Positions 37,638 to 51,768 of a stretch of DNA of 64,000 bases are shown piece after piece. The first letter of the stretch is position 1, and each line of letters starts with the position of its first letter. The position numbers were made by a program, and so were the translations under genes. Origin of the DNA: Octopus vulgaris (taxonomy: Eukaryota). The stretch lies in contig OX597824.1 in the NCBI GenBank assembly GCA_951406725.2, positions 32,302,001 to 32,366,000 of the forward strand. The letters run 5' to 3'. The notes under the pieces are model-generated. The model saw nothing but the letters and a program-made list of their open reading frames with translations, did not search any database and was not told the DNA's origin.

Positions 37638-40600
37638 GCGCACGCGTGCACACACACACACCACGAAACATGTGGTTGGGAAGCATGCTTCTTACTACAC
37701 AGCCATGCCTCTTCCTTTCTTTCACTTCAATACTGAGTTGTTTTGAAAAATGCAAACTTAAATCATAAAATACATTATCGTGCAACTAACTTCCACTCCC
37801 TAAAATTACTAGTTATGCACCAAAATTTAAAACTATTATTATTATTACTATTATCTTCATACAATTTATTGAGACATCACTATCAGATCTGTAAGAAAGG
37901 CACAGATGATAACATGCTGAATAGTAATTAATTTCATTGATTAATGATTGAATTAAAATCCTGCCAGTCAGCTTTGACATTGCAAGAAATATTTATTATA
38001 ATCAGGTCAATTGATTACAGCTGTTTTAACACGTCATCTGTGTGTTGTGTGTGTGTGTGTGTAGCTACAAATTATATTTTGCAATAGAAATTTATACAGA
38101 TTTGAGGTCATCAACTGATTGGGTTTCACTAAAATCTGAGTAATGGGGTGGGCAGAAATGACAACAACTAAATTTTTCATTTAGTATATAGAATTTAGGT
38201 CAACAATAATTTGCCATAAGAATTTCCATTTAGTAAAAAGTTCCATTTACCTGTTTTCCATTGTGTGTAACGGATTGCAAAATAGTTCTCAAAGTTTTGA
38301 ATCCAATAGCAACATCAATTAGATGAGCAGCAAAGAAGAAGTGGTTAAAATTGCCCAGCACAGAGAAGGTGAAATACCACAGAATGTACAGGAATGACTA
38401 GAGGAAGACAAAAATAGAATGATTTATAAGTTAATAAGCTTTTATACTGTATGAAAAGAATTACATTTTCCATGTAATTTCTTAAAATAAATGAAGAAAA
38501 AAAAAAAGAGACTATTTAAATTACCTGGAGAGGAAAGAAAAAGAGATCAGTCAGAGAATGTTTGCAGAAGTTGGAATGAAAAATAATGACAAAGGACATA
38601 ATTCCAAGAATGATAATCCTGGTTTAGTTTTAAATGTTGTTAGAGTAAATAATCTATTTCTGATTTACAATATAATTCTTTATTCAAAAAATATTAAAAT
38701 GCATTCTGGAGGGAATGTACAGAATATATAGGTTTTAAAATTTCATTTTATATAATTTTTCCTTTCTTCCATTGTTTCAGCCACTGGTCATTTCCCAGAG
38801 CACAGATATCCATGAAAGATAAGGTGACAAACTTAACATCCTTTTACATCTCATGGCATGCTTTAATACAGCAGAAATAAAATTTAAGTTGTTCATGAAG
38901 AATTAGTCATGTAGGAAAATCTTAAACCTAGCCATGTCCCACTCCAAAATGGGAAGAAGAAATAAAAAAACTTTTAATCATATGCGGAAAAATTCACATA
39001 CTTTCAAACTGACATTTCCCTTTAAAGATGAAAAACTCCAACCAATCACCATCACTCAAATTTACTTTAAATTTATTCTACAGCTTCTCTATTAGGAATG
39101 GATTTGGACTACTTCCTTTAACAATATTTAAAACTAAACCTAGAAGTTACATTTATATATTTGTTTTGCAACATTCTTGATGTGAAATCGTGTGTTGAAA
39201 CAGATGTTGTATTTAGGAATGGCCATATTGCCAGTTTAGCCAATAAAAATAAATGCACTATATATTTGGCCGAAATAAGATTAAGATTAATGTAAAAAAT
39301 AAATAAAGCTGAAGCAAATTAACACCAAATATATAGTGCATGTGTTTTTATTGGCTAAACTGGCAACATAACCATTCCTAAACCTAGAAGATTGTTCACA
39401 AAACATATATCCACGTTTTCTCACTTATTCATTTCCATTTTTGGTATATCTATAATGTTTGACTTCTTCTTCTTTCCTTCTTACTCCTCCCTCTACCAAT
39501 GATTTAAATTTCCAATGTAATTAAAATATTTTTTTCTCCCTAACATTGATTTTCATCATTTTGGATGGAAGCACTCTGTCGGTTATGATGACGAGGGTTC
39601 CGGTTGATCCGATCAACGGAACAGCCTGCTGGTGAAATTAACGAGTAAGTGGCTGAGCACTTCACAGACATATGTACCCTTAACGTAGTTCTCGGGGATA
39701 TTCAGCGTGACACAGAGAGTGTCAAGGCCGGCCCTTTGAAATACAGGTACAACAGAAATAGGAAGTAAGAGTGAGAGAAAGTTGTGGTGAAAGAGTACAG
39801 CAGGGATCACCACCATCCCTGCCGGAGCCTCGTGGAGCTTTAGGTGTTTTCACTCAATAAACACTCACAACACCCGATCCGAGAATCGAAACCGCGATCC
39901 TATGACCGCGAGTCCGTTGCCCTAACCACTGGGCCATTGCGTCTCCACACTTTCATCATTTTACTCCTCACCACAGTAAAAAGGCTCACTTTATTCTTAG
40001 ACTGATATCAATCTAGAACTTTTTTTTTGTCTATAATTTCTGTTTTAGCAGCCATTTCAAAAGTTACATCAACATTTTACTCATTTGTTTCAGAGAAGAC
40101 AAATTTTTCAAGTTTCAATTCCATAAAACTTACATGACATAGAAAATTAAAATAAAACAATTAAGAGAAAGCCCGTTTCTCTTTAACCCTTTAAATTGTG
40201 ACTAAAGTTTGGTGGGAGATTTTAATTCAAAACTTATGAAATAAGACATTTGTACTCAGAGCCAGAGCCAGTTTCAGCCGGGTTGGTAATGAAAAGGTTA
40301 AGAAGTAAAAGAAAAAGAAAATAACGAATGTGGTAACAATTGGAGTATGTGTTATAGAAATGTTTAACACATACATTTGTATGTCTTATAGACATGTTTC
40401 CAGTTTGATGTTACAAAAATAGCATATATATAAAAAACAAACTCAGACCACAGAAGCATTTTGCTGACTTTCAAATTTACTTATTTACTAGAAAGGAAAT
40501 AAATTTCCCACAAAACAGAAAAAAGGCTTCTTTCAACTTACATTATCAGTAAAAATGACACCCCATTTCCAAAGTTGATATTGCCAATCCATATTTGAGA

Positions 40601-43600
40601 GACTGAGAAAAGATAAAATAACAGACAAACAATCAAGTAAAACTGATGGGTCAATAAAGTTGTGTAAAGTTTCCAATTTAATTAGTTTAATTGTTACTTT
40701 TACTATATCTTTATCATCATCATTTGAAAATGACTGTCTTAATGCCCTGGACTCATAGAGCCAGTTATCTGGTTTCCATGGTGTTTAAGTGACCAAGATC
40801 ACATCATTCCCTCTGAATAAGATGCTAGCCTCTAGCAGGTTTACTCATTAAAGCTCAGCAGACTGAAGCAAGGCATGATGAAATGCTTTGCTCAAGAACA
40901 CAATGCATCACCTTGTCTAGGAATCAAAATCATAATCTTGAAATTGTGAGGGCAAAAACCTAACCACTAGGCCACAGGCCTTTACCTTTTACCACACAAA
41001 AAAAAAAAAAATAATAAATATGCCCTTTCAAAGCCTAGCCAGACTCATAGGCCCGGTTTCCCGGTTTCAATGGCGTATGTGTTCCCCAGCTGGATGGGAC
41101 ACCAGTCCATCGCAGCATTGCTCATTTTTGCCAGCTGAGTGGACTGGAGCAATGTGAAATGAAGTGTTTTGCTCAAGAACACAACGCGTCGCCCGGTCCA
41201 GGAATCGAAATTGCAATCTTACGATCATGATGCTGACACCCTAACCACTAAGCCACGCGCCTCCACTTTTACTACAAAAGTAAAATTATTTGAATATTTT
41301 ATACAAAGCAGCAGTGAGCTATTGGGAGATGTTGAAGGCATTCCACTAGCTGCTATGAACATAATTTTGTGACAATGACTTAAGAGATATAAAAACCAAG
41401 AAAAGTGAGTACTTACAAAGCTGGCAGCATTCCAGTATGCTCTACTGTATCTTCTATGGTTATTGAATCTCCTTTCTTCATACCTAGCAGATTACTGATG
41501 CTTTCATAATCATACTGTTCAGCATATCGTAGTCTGACCTACAACAGTAACACATTCATCAAGGTAAATACATGTGCATTTCAAAAAATTAACAATGGAA
41601 GTGCTTACACACAATACGGAAAATGCCTTCCAAAAGGTTTGTATTTTTTTCAGATTATTTTTTATTATTAATAATTTTCATCTGTGACAGTATCAAGTAT
41701 TTTTTGCAAAAACTTTTAAAATAATCTATTATATAAAATCCGTTCTGTGTGTGTGTGTGTGTGTGTCTTCTAGGATCTTGCGCATCCTCCATCAGATTGC
41801 ACTCAAATTTGATATGTAGATACCGACGGTATTATGGGGTGTATAAGTCTTGAAAAAATTACAAAATCGATTCCAGGTGAGAATGTGATTGATAAAGCCG
41901 TGGGAATGTGCATTTGTATGCTCAAGTACATCAGTCGAAAACTGTCTTTTGCTGGTGTCTCAAATATAGGTTAAATCAGTGTTTCTCAAAGGGGAGGCCT
42001 ATGGGATGGTCGGACAAGTTGTTTTGAGAAAATTTGGTTTAAATGTTTGACAACTCAGCACTGTCCATTAGACGGGGGTGGGGGGGCGTTTTGCTCATAT
42101 ATTTTATATAAATGTCTGTTATTGTTGGTGAGAAAGTTTACAATTGGTTTCCTGTCTATTATTGTTCTTAACAATGATAACTTACTGACTGGCCATAATC
42201 AACAACTACATCAAATATGATTGCTCAAAAGAAAAAAAGTATTTTTGAGTGTGCTTTTTTTTTTTGACTTATGAAAAACTGTCCGACTCTGTGTGTGTGT
42301 GTGTGCCTGTGTACGTATGTATGTGTGGGTCTTTTTTCTGGAAGAAAATTTTAACCTGACATTTAAGGAATATGCTTAGCATGTTTGAAAGGGTTGATTG
42401 GCAGTGTTGAGCTTTATTTTTTAATTGGTATTTTAGTGATGGGCTGGTGGGATTGTCTCTATTTTGAGTATACTGTGTAAGCATTTAGGCATTCTGCATG
42501 TGTTCTGTATTTTGTGATTCTGATATTTTTAAAATGATGGATCTCAAGTTGATAAACCAAACAAGATTGCTTCAGCTGAGCTTGATGATTGTTTTGATGA
42601 TCTTAAATAACTTTTATAATTAGTTTTACACTATGAAAAAAATGAAAACAGAATCCCAAAAGACCCTACCATGTCTGCCAAATAAAATTTAAATATTTGT
42701 TTCTATTTTTTAAACATTACTGAATTACCAAGAAAATTTTGAATTTTTTCTGAGCTGAAAATACATTCTAATCGATATTTAAGTTCAGTTAACCAGTAAA
42801 AAAGCTTAAAAAGATTTTCTATGTCTGTTTATTATTTGTTAATGACATTCTGAATTTTTCATCATAGCCTTAAACTTACCTTCTTTTTGACGAATTTATC
42901 CCAGTAGCTCTGAGGGAAGGAGCCCGTACTTAAGACAAGCTTATCCCATTGAGCTTTAATATCATCTTCATCAGGTTGTTCAGCGATATACAAGCCCTCA
43001 AATTCTAGTTTACGAGCAATTTCTTTTTCTCGTTTAAAGATTACTAAAGGCACTTTGAGGCAATAATAAGCCACCAACATTGAGAAGGAGGCTATTGAAT
43101 GTAATACTGCTAACACTTCTAAAACTGGTAACAAATAGTCCACATCTTCTTCCATCATCACAACCTCTTCAGCATCATCATCGTCAGATGTTCCATTACT
43201 TCCAGTGCTTTCCTCCTCTCCTCCAACCATAGCCTGAGTTACCTTGTTCACCTGAAACAATACATTTACATTTAGTGGTATAAAGATTACAATATATTTA
43301 TTGGTAACTATTTCACAAATATACATTACTACCTCATATATATATATAAAGCTGAAGTTGTCTGTGTGTGGCACGTTTAGTAGCCTTCAACTAACACTAT
43401 CTCCTCCGAGACCCTGTGGCGCAAGTTGACCAAAATTGAGAGTATGATAGAAGAAGGTTTACTCTTCATTCCGTAAAAGATAAAATTCAAATCGGACCAT
43501 GTTAAGACCAAAAATTATTTACATCAAAAAGGTGCTTTTTTCTATGAAAATCCCTATTTTTTTAACGATTTTTTGACTGCTGTGTCGCCATTTTTAGGTG

Positions 43601-44405
43601 TATTTCAACCAGAAAAATGTTCACTTAAAGAGAATAACAAGCTACATAATGCAAAAGTTTTACTTTTCAAAAATTCCAATTCTAAAGGGTTGAAACAAAC
43701 CCGAGCAACGCCGGGCGATACTGCTAGTATATATGCAATCACCATATTTCATTCCATAACAGCTACCTCTGATGAGTGCAAGGCTACATAATTGGATTTC
43801 TATCTAACACTGTTGAATCCCTAGCACAAAATCGATTGGTAAGACATTTATTCCAGCTTGCTAACGATTCTGCCAGCTTGCTGCCCTACTTTGATGAATA
43901 GTTATTGATAACAGCAATGTTAAAAAGTGAGATAAATAGTCAAAAAATTGTTAATTATAGGCAATGTTAATGATGGATTAAAAATAGCAATGTGCATACC
44001 TTGTAAAAGAGTAATATAAAGTTGATGAAGAAAGCAAGAGCCAAGGCCACGTATTTGAAATTATAAAAGTTTCTTGCAAAATAACTCTGCAAAGATAAGA
44101 GAAACAGTTTATTAATGGTAGGAATGTTTAATTTCTGTTATGTCTGCTAATTTCGAAACTTTATCAAATTTGTATCAAGAATTAAAGAAAATGAAAATAT
44201 TCTTCCGTTTTGTTGTGTTTTAGGAAGATCTGAAGCAAATAATGAACCAATTGACAAATAAATAATAATAAAAAAAAAGTGAAACAGAACTAGTGTGTAT
44301 TTATTATTGGCCTAACAAATTTCCCAAGATACAACAAAATCTGTTTCAACACATGTTCACACCAATAATCTCACAAGCTAACTACAAGGATGAATAATTC
44401 TTCTT

Positions 44406-44436
<31 letters not shown>

Positions 44437-44448
44437 TTATCATTATTA

Positions 44449-44482
<34 letters not shown>

Positions 44483-44949
44483 ACTGGTGGCGTGGAGAGG
44501 GGAGGTTGGTATGCATGGGCGACTGCTGGTCTTCCATAAACAACCTTGCCCGGACTTGTGTCTAGGAGGGTAACTTTCTAGGTGCAATCCCATGGTCATT
44601 CATGACCGAAGGGGGTCTTTATTATTATTATTATTAGCAGAGTCTAATGAAATTTCAGTTAAAATATGTGTTGCATGTTTTAATGTTTCCTCGATGATCA
44701 CAGGAAATAGCCAAGTGTTTAAGAAATTCACTCCATAACCATGAGGTCTTGTGTTCAGACTCAGTGCATGGCATCAAGGACAAGTAGATTCTGTCAATGT
44801 CTTAGATTGACCCACAGCTTGACAGTGAAATGAAGTTGATAGAAACAGTGTGGAAGTTTCAGTGAATGGACCATACCACTAATTTACTGAAGTAACCTTG
44901 TCAGAAAACAGAACCAGACTGAATCTGTCTGAAGATTATACTGAGCATA

Positions 44950-44987
<38 letters not shown>

Positions 44988-45207
44988 TCTTTTATTCCTT
45001 TACTCTTTTATTTGTTGCAGTCATTTGACTGCAGCCATGCTGGAGCACTGCTCAAACAAATTGACCCTAGGACTTATTCTGTGTAAGCCTAGTACTTATT
45101 CTGTTTGTGTCTTTTGTCAAACCACTAAGTTGCAGGGACGTAAATACACCAACATTGGTTGTCAAGCAGGGGTGGGAGGACAAACATAGACACACAAGCA
45201 TATACAA

Positions 45208-45270
<63 letters not shown>

Positions 45271-45439
45271 CATATATATATATGACGGGCTTCTTTCAGT
45301 TTCTGTCTACCAAATCCACAAGGCCTTGATCAGCCCGAGGCTATAGTAGAAAACACTTGCCCAAAGTGTCATGCAGTAGGCCTGAGCCCAGAACCATGTG
45401 GTTGGTAAGCAAGCTGCTTACTACACAGCCACTCCTGTG

Positions 45440-45516
<77 letters not shown>

Positions 45517-47501
45517 CAGTTGTAGTAACCAACTAAGGTATAAAATATCCGTGTATACAATAAGTATCCGTTACCTGTGTTATTCCCGGGCAATGGTATG
45601 CAGGGACACCATATACATCAAGCACAGGTGACAAAAGGATAAACAAAAGTTTATCAAGAGTCAATGCAAATAATTACAAAATGGAGAGTCATTAGACTCT
45701 ACTCAGGAATAAAGAAGAAGAAGAAGAAGAAGAAGGAGAAGGAGAAGAAGAAGGAGAAGGAAGAAGAAGAAGAAGAAGAAGAAGAAGAAGAAGAAGAAGA
45801 AGAAGAAGAAGAAGAAGAAGAAGAAGAAGAAGAAGAAGAAGAAGAAGAAGAAGAAGAAGAAGAAGAAGAAGAAGATGTAGAAGAAGCTGGTATGCTGGTA
45901 CCACATAAAATGATCCCATGCTGGCACCACATATAAAGCTCCTGTGTTGGTGCCACATAAAAAGCATCCGCTACACTCTGCATAGTGGTTTGTATTAGGA
46001 AGGGCATCCAGCTATATAAACCATGCCAAAACAGACAATTGGAGTCCATTGTAGCTCTTTGGCTTGCCAGCTCCTGTCAAACTGTCCAAATCATGCCAGC
46101 ATGGAAAAACAGATGTTAAATGATGATGTGGATGATGATGATGTTCTAACAATTCTGCCAGATTACAACCTTCAATATTGCAAAAAAATATTATTGATAA
46201 TTACCAGGATATATTTTCCATAATCAAATGCTTTGGTTTCATAAGGTACTTCTTCCTCTCCTGCAACAATACCCTCTTCACCTTCGAGCTCTTCTCCCTT
46301 GCCGCTATCGGTCGTTGGAGTGCCATTAGTTCTGTAAAAACAATAACAGTAAAGTTTTAGATTAATACTATTTATGAAAATCACTGTTTATATTGTGACG
46401 TATATTTGCCATTTAAATATGGCTAACCCCTAAGGGTGGATGCTAATGTAGTTTGTAGCCCCAGGAGGACACCTCCTCCAGCTGGCTATAGACACACTTT
46501 CTGTGCCCTATCAGTATTTGTAAAGAGTGCCCCAGGAGGACACATCCTCCAGCCGGCTATAGACACACTTTCTGTGCCCTATCAGTATTTGCAAATACTG
46601 ATAGGGCACTGAAAGTGTGTCTATAGCCAGCTGGAGGAGGTGTCCTCCTGAGGCTACAAACTATAGTAGCATCCACCCTTAGGGGTTAGCCATATTTAAA
46701 TGGCAAATATACATCACGATGTGTTGTTGCTACTGTTTATAACTCGCTCTGAGATTTATTATTGACTGTTTATATTATATTTTCATTATTTGCACTGTTT
46801 ACAGTAAGCTCTGAAATGATGAGCTGCAGATTTATACTTAATTATGGTCCAAAAGATTCAAATGTAAATATGCTGGTTGCTGTTGTGCATGTCACAGGAG
46901 AACAACTTCTTCCTTTTACTATGACTGCATTCATAAAATACTTTCCTCATTGGTGCAAAGGATTTTGAGATACCAGTTTTTTGACATGTGTCTCATCAAC
47001 CAGAATGTGTCTTATCAAACACTCCTTTGAGTCAATCAATAATTGTGTAAGTTTATTGAAAAGGAAAAGACATTTAAATTATTCATATATTTTAAAGTAG
47101 AAAGAAAACGTACGCTTCGTTTGTAGATGTTCCAGCTGGAGCTGGAATTTCTGGCACTGATTCAGCTATCAAGAATTTTTCTTCCTATAATGAAAGAAAA
47201 TGGACAATTAAAATATCTACATCGTAATGTCAATACATTCTTTGATATTCAATACTATCCTTTCTTTTATCTTTTATTCTTTTACTTGTGTCAGTCATTT
47301 GACTGCGGCCATGCTCGAGCACCGCCTTTAGTCGAGCAAATCGACCCCAGGACTTATTCTTTGTAAGTCTAGTACTTATTCTATCGGTCTTTTTTGCTGA
47401 ACTGCTAAGTTATGGGGACGTAAACACACCAGCATTGGTAGTTATGCGATGTTGGGGGGATAAACACAGACACAGAAACATACATACGCACACACACGCA
47501 T

Positions 47502-47540
<39 letters not shown>

Positions 47541-48186
47541 TATATACGAGGGGCTTCTTTCAGTTTCTGTCTACCAAATCCACTCACAAGGCTTTGGTCG
47601 GCCTGAAGCTATAGTAGAAGACACTTGCCCAAGGTGCCACGCAGTGGGACTGAACCCGGAACCATGTGGATGGTAAGCAAGCTTCTTACCACACAGCCCT
47701 GCCTGTGCCTAAATTTATTCTTGATATATTCTTGACATTTTACTTCAGAGTTTTGCAATTAATACAATAAATTTCTATACTATTTCAACCCTTTAGCATT
47801 TGAACCAGTCATATTCAGTCCTCTTTTATGTTTAAACTGCCCTGATCTGGCTTCTCACACCTACTTACAATGTCAATCTAAAAATAAACTATCGCATCAT
47901 TGAAACCATGAAACTATAAGATAATGCATGATTAACTCAAAACAATACTCTTACTCTTTTACTCTTTTACTTGTTTCAGTCATTTGACTGTGGCCATGCT
48001 GGAGCACCGCCTTTAATCGAGCAACTCGACCCCTGGACTTATTCTTTTGTAAGCCCTGTACTTATTCTATCGGTCTCTTTTGCCGAACCGCTAAGTAACG
48101 GGGACATAAAAACACCAGCATCTGTTGTCAAGCAATGCTAGGAGGACAAACACAGACACACAACTCCTTACAAATACACACACGCT

Positions 48187-48256
<70 letters not shown>

Positions 48257-51200
48257 TACGACGGGCTTCTTTCAGTTTCCGTCTACCAAATCCACTCACA
48301 AGGCTTTGGTCGGCTCGAGGCTATAGTAGAAGACACTTGCCCAAGGTGCCACGCAGTGGTACTGAACCCGGAACCTTGTGGTTGGTAAGCAAGCTACTTA
48401 CCACACAGCCACTCCTGCGCCTATGCCAATAAATTAACATTACATTTGATAGAGTAATCTGAATGCTGAAGGGTTAAACTGGCAACATCTGGCTTATCAT
48501 ACCTACCCTACAATGTCATTCTAAAAATGAATAATCATAGCATCAAAAACCTCGAAACTGTGAGACAACACATGGGTAATTCAAAACAATGTGAATAAAT
48601 AAACATTAGATTTGGCTGATTAATCTGAATGTTAACTCATATTCTCAACTTAGAATTAAGGAGAAAAACTCAGTTTGACCTCATTTATTATTTTTAATAA
48701 AAATGCTCTATAGATTTAATATTATATATGGGCCTCACAGTGGCAAAGTGGCTGAGTTCCTCTTGAGCACTGGGCCTGACGGAGGCAAAATAGTTGAGTT
48801 CCTTTCAAGTGTTGAGCCTCATGGAGGCGAGGTGGCTGAGTTCCTTTTGAGTATTGGGCCTCATGGAGGCGAGGTGGTTGAATTCCTTTTGAGTATTGGG
48901 CCTCATAGAGGCGAGGTGGCTGAGATCCTTTTGAGTACTGGGCCTCATGGAGGCAATGACCAAGACCTTTGGCATTATGTCATGCTTGAGAAGAAGACCC
49001 ACAAAGCCAAGCAAAATCACAGACATGGCAGATACCAGTGTCACACAAACTGGCACCTGTGCTGGTGACATGTAAATGTACCCCAGTGTTATGCAAATGG
49101 CACCCATGCTGGTGGCATGTAAAAGCACCCATTACACTCTTGGAGTGGTTGGCATTAGGAAGGACATCCAGCCATAGAAAACCATACCAAATCAGACTGG
49201 AGTCTGGTGCAGCATTCCAGCATGCCAGCAGAGACAACAGCATAGACAACAGACGTTAAATGATGATAATGATGATGATGATGTGTGTGTTGTTGGGTGA
49301 GGTAAGATTCTTCATGAAGTATGTACCGAGTCAGAATAAGATATTTATTTTATAAAAACAATAAACAATGTCAACTGTTAATTATAAAACCCCCACTGTA
49401 GATTATTACCCTAAGACACAAATTTTGAAAAACATACAATATACCTAATATAGTTTAGCGGGGGTTAATATATATTTCTTTACTATCCACAAGGGGCTAA
49501 ACACAGAGGAGACAAACAAGGACAGACAAAGGGATTAAGACCCCAGTGCGTAATTGGTACTTTATTTAATCGACCCCGAAAGGATGAAAGGCAAAATCGA
49601 CCTCGGCGGAATTTGAACTCAGAACGTAACGGCAGACGAAATACGGCAACGCATTTCGCCCGGCGTGCTAACGTTTCTGCCAGCTCGCCGCTGGTTAATA
49701 TAATGTAGTGAACCTCCCTCTACTATCACTAATTTTTAATTATTAACTATTGTACCTGTATTGAGGAGAAGAAATCGTTAGTTTTAATGATTAATTCTGG
49801 ATAAGAAAGAGAGACTTATTTAAAATTAAAATTAATTAAAAATGTTGAGTTGGGTATGAGGTAGAAAGGGCATGTGATTTTTGACAAGTTCAAGGATAAA
49901 CAAGGCTATATTTTCTTCTTATTAGACCTCTTCATAAAGATTTTGAATAAATAAACATTCCTGCTGCAACACCTTAAAATAATTCTGAGATACTTTCTCC
50001 AGTTATAAAAAAAGAAATATACTTTAGTTATTAGAACACTTACCAAAAGCATTTCATTTGGACCTTCAGAGGTAGCTGAAGGTAATTCTTTTGATGGTAC
50101 ACTACCATTTATTGTTGTAGCATCAACTTCTGGTGCCGTCTGTCCCTCTGTCACACTGATAGATCTGAAGGAATAAATAAGGAACTTGTGAATCCTTAAC
50201 TGACAAACTGAACAACACACACACACATACATGCACACATATATATGATAGGCTTCTTTCTGTTTTCATCTACCAAATTTACTCACAAAGGTTTGGTTGT
50301 CCTGGGGGTTATTATAAAAGGCACTTGCCTGAGGTGACACACAGAACAATGTGGTTGGGAAGCAACCTTCTTACCACACACACACACACACACACACATG
50401 CACACATGTCTGTGCCTATAATATTAATATTTTCATTTCAGGGTTAGCAATTTTGAGGGGAAGGGCAAGTTGATTATATCAACCCCAGTACTTGATTGGT
50501 ACTTTATTTAACTGACCATGTAGGATGAAAGCACAGTTGACCTTTGTGGGATTTGAACTCAGAATGTAAAGAGTCAGAAGAAATGCCGCTAAGCAGTTTG
50601 TCCGATGAGCCAAAGATTCTTATTTCTTTACTGCCCACAAGGGGCTACACACAGAGGGGACAAACAAGAACAGACAAAATGGACTAAGTTGATTATATCG
50701 ACCCCAGTGCATAACTGGTACTTATTTAATTGACCCTGAAAGGATGAAAGGCAAAATCGACCTTAGTGGAATTTGAACTCAGAACATAATGGCAGACGAA
50801 ATACTGTAAAGCATTTCACTTGGCATGCTAATGTTTCTGCCAGCTCGCCGCCTTATAGATGAGTTAAAGATTCTACCCGCTCATCACCCTTGTAAAAGGG
50901 TAAAGGGTAAAGACCTCCTTTGGTCATGAATGACTATGGAATTGCATCTAGAAAGTTACTCTCCAAGGTACAAGTCTGGGCAAGGTTGTTTATGGAAGAC
51001 CAGCAGTTACCCATGCATACCAGCCTCCCCTCTCTGTGCCACCGATGTTATCCAAGAGAAAAGTAAAGGCTAATACAGTTTGGTACCAGTGACATTTCTA
51101 CAGTTAAGTGAACTATAGCAATGTGAAATAAAGTGTCTTGCTCAAGAACACAACACAGCCTGGTCTGGGAATTGAACTCGTTACGTCATGATTGTGAACC

Positions 51201-51717
51201 TGATGCTCTAACCACTGAGCCATGTGCCCTCACCCTATATTAGTATTAGTAGTAGTTGTATGGGTTATAACAGATATTCTGGTCAATACCACAGATTTAC
51301 TAGTCAGTTGCTTGACCTTTGCCAGTTGAACATGTCCCTTGGTGGCTGACAATATGTACATCTCTTATCACAAGTGGGAGTAGTTGGGGAGCATTACAGC
51401 TGTGTGTAGAGAGGAATTCCTTGGGGTTTGAATCTTTCACTTTTGGAAATCTGAGTGCTTTGTTCATTCTTAAACAAACCTCATTCAGGAACTTTTTAAG
51501 TGGGATGGGCTACTTGACCTGAAAAAAATTCTAACTGGCACCAACCTGCAAGGTCATGCATCATTTATCTTGATATGAGAACACTATGTCATGCACATAT
51601 GGTTGTGATGCATGTACCTGGTGTATCCTTATCAGACGGGTAGTCATGATGGGTATATTGGGCTTTGTATATTTGTACCCCAGTGTCAATTTGAAGGCAT
51701 GCATTCCTCTCTCATTC

Positions 51718-51768
<51 letters not shown>

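Noticed and set aside
43769-43800. CTGATGA as a third hammerhead candidate
   Set aside because: No GAAA core or stems follow.
45664-46049. Poly-E/L/S/F ORFs
   Set aside because: Artefacts of the (GAA)n tract; no splice signals linking them to RyR.
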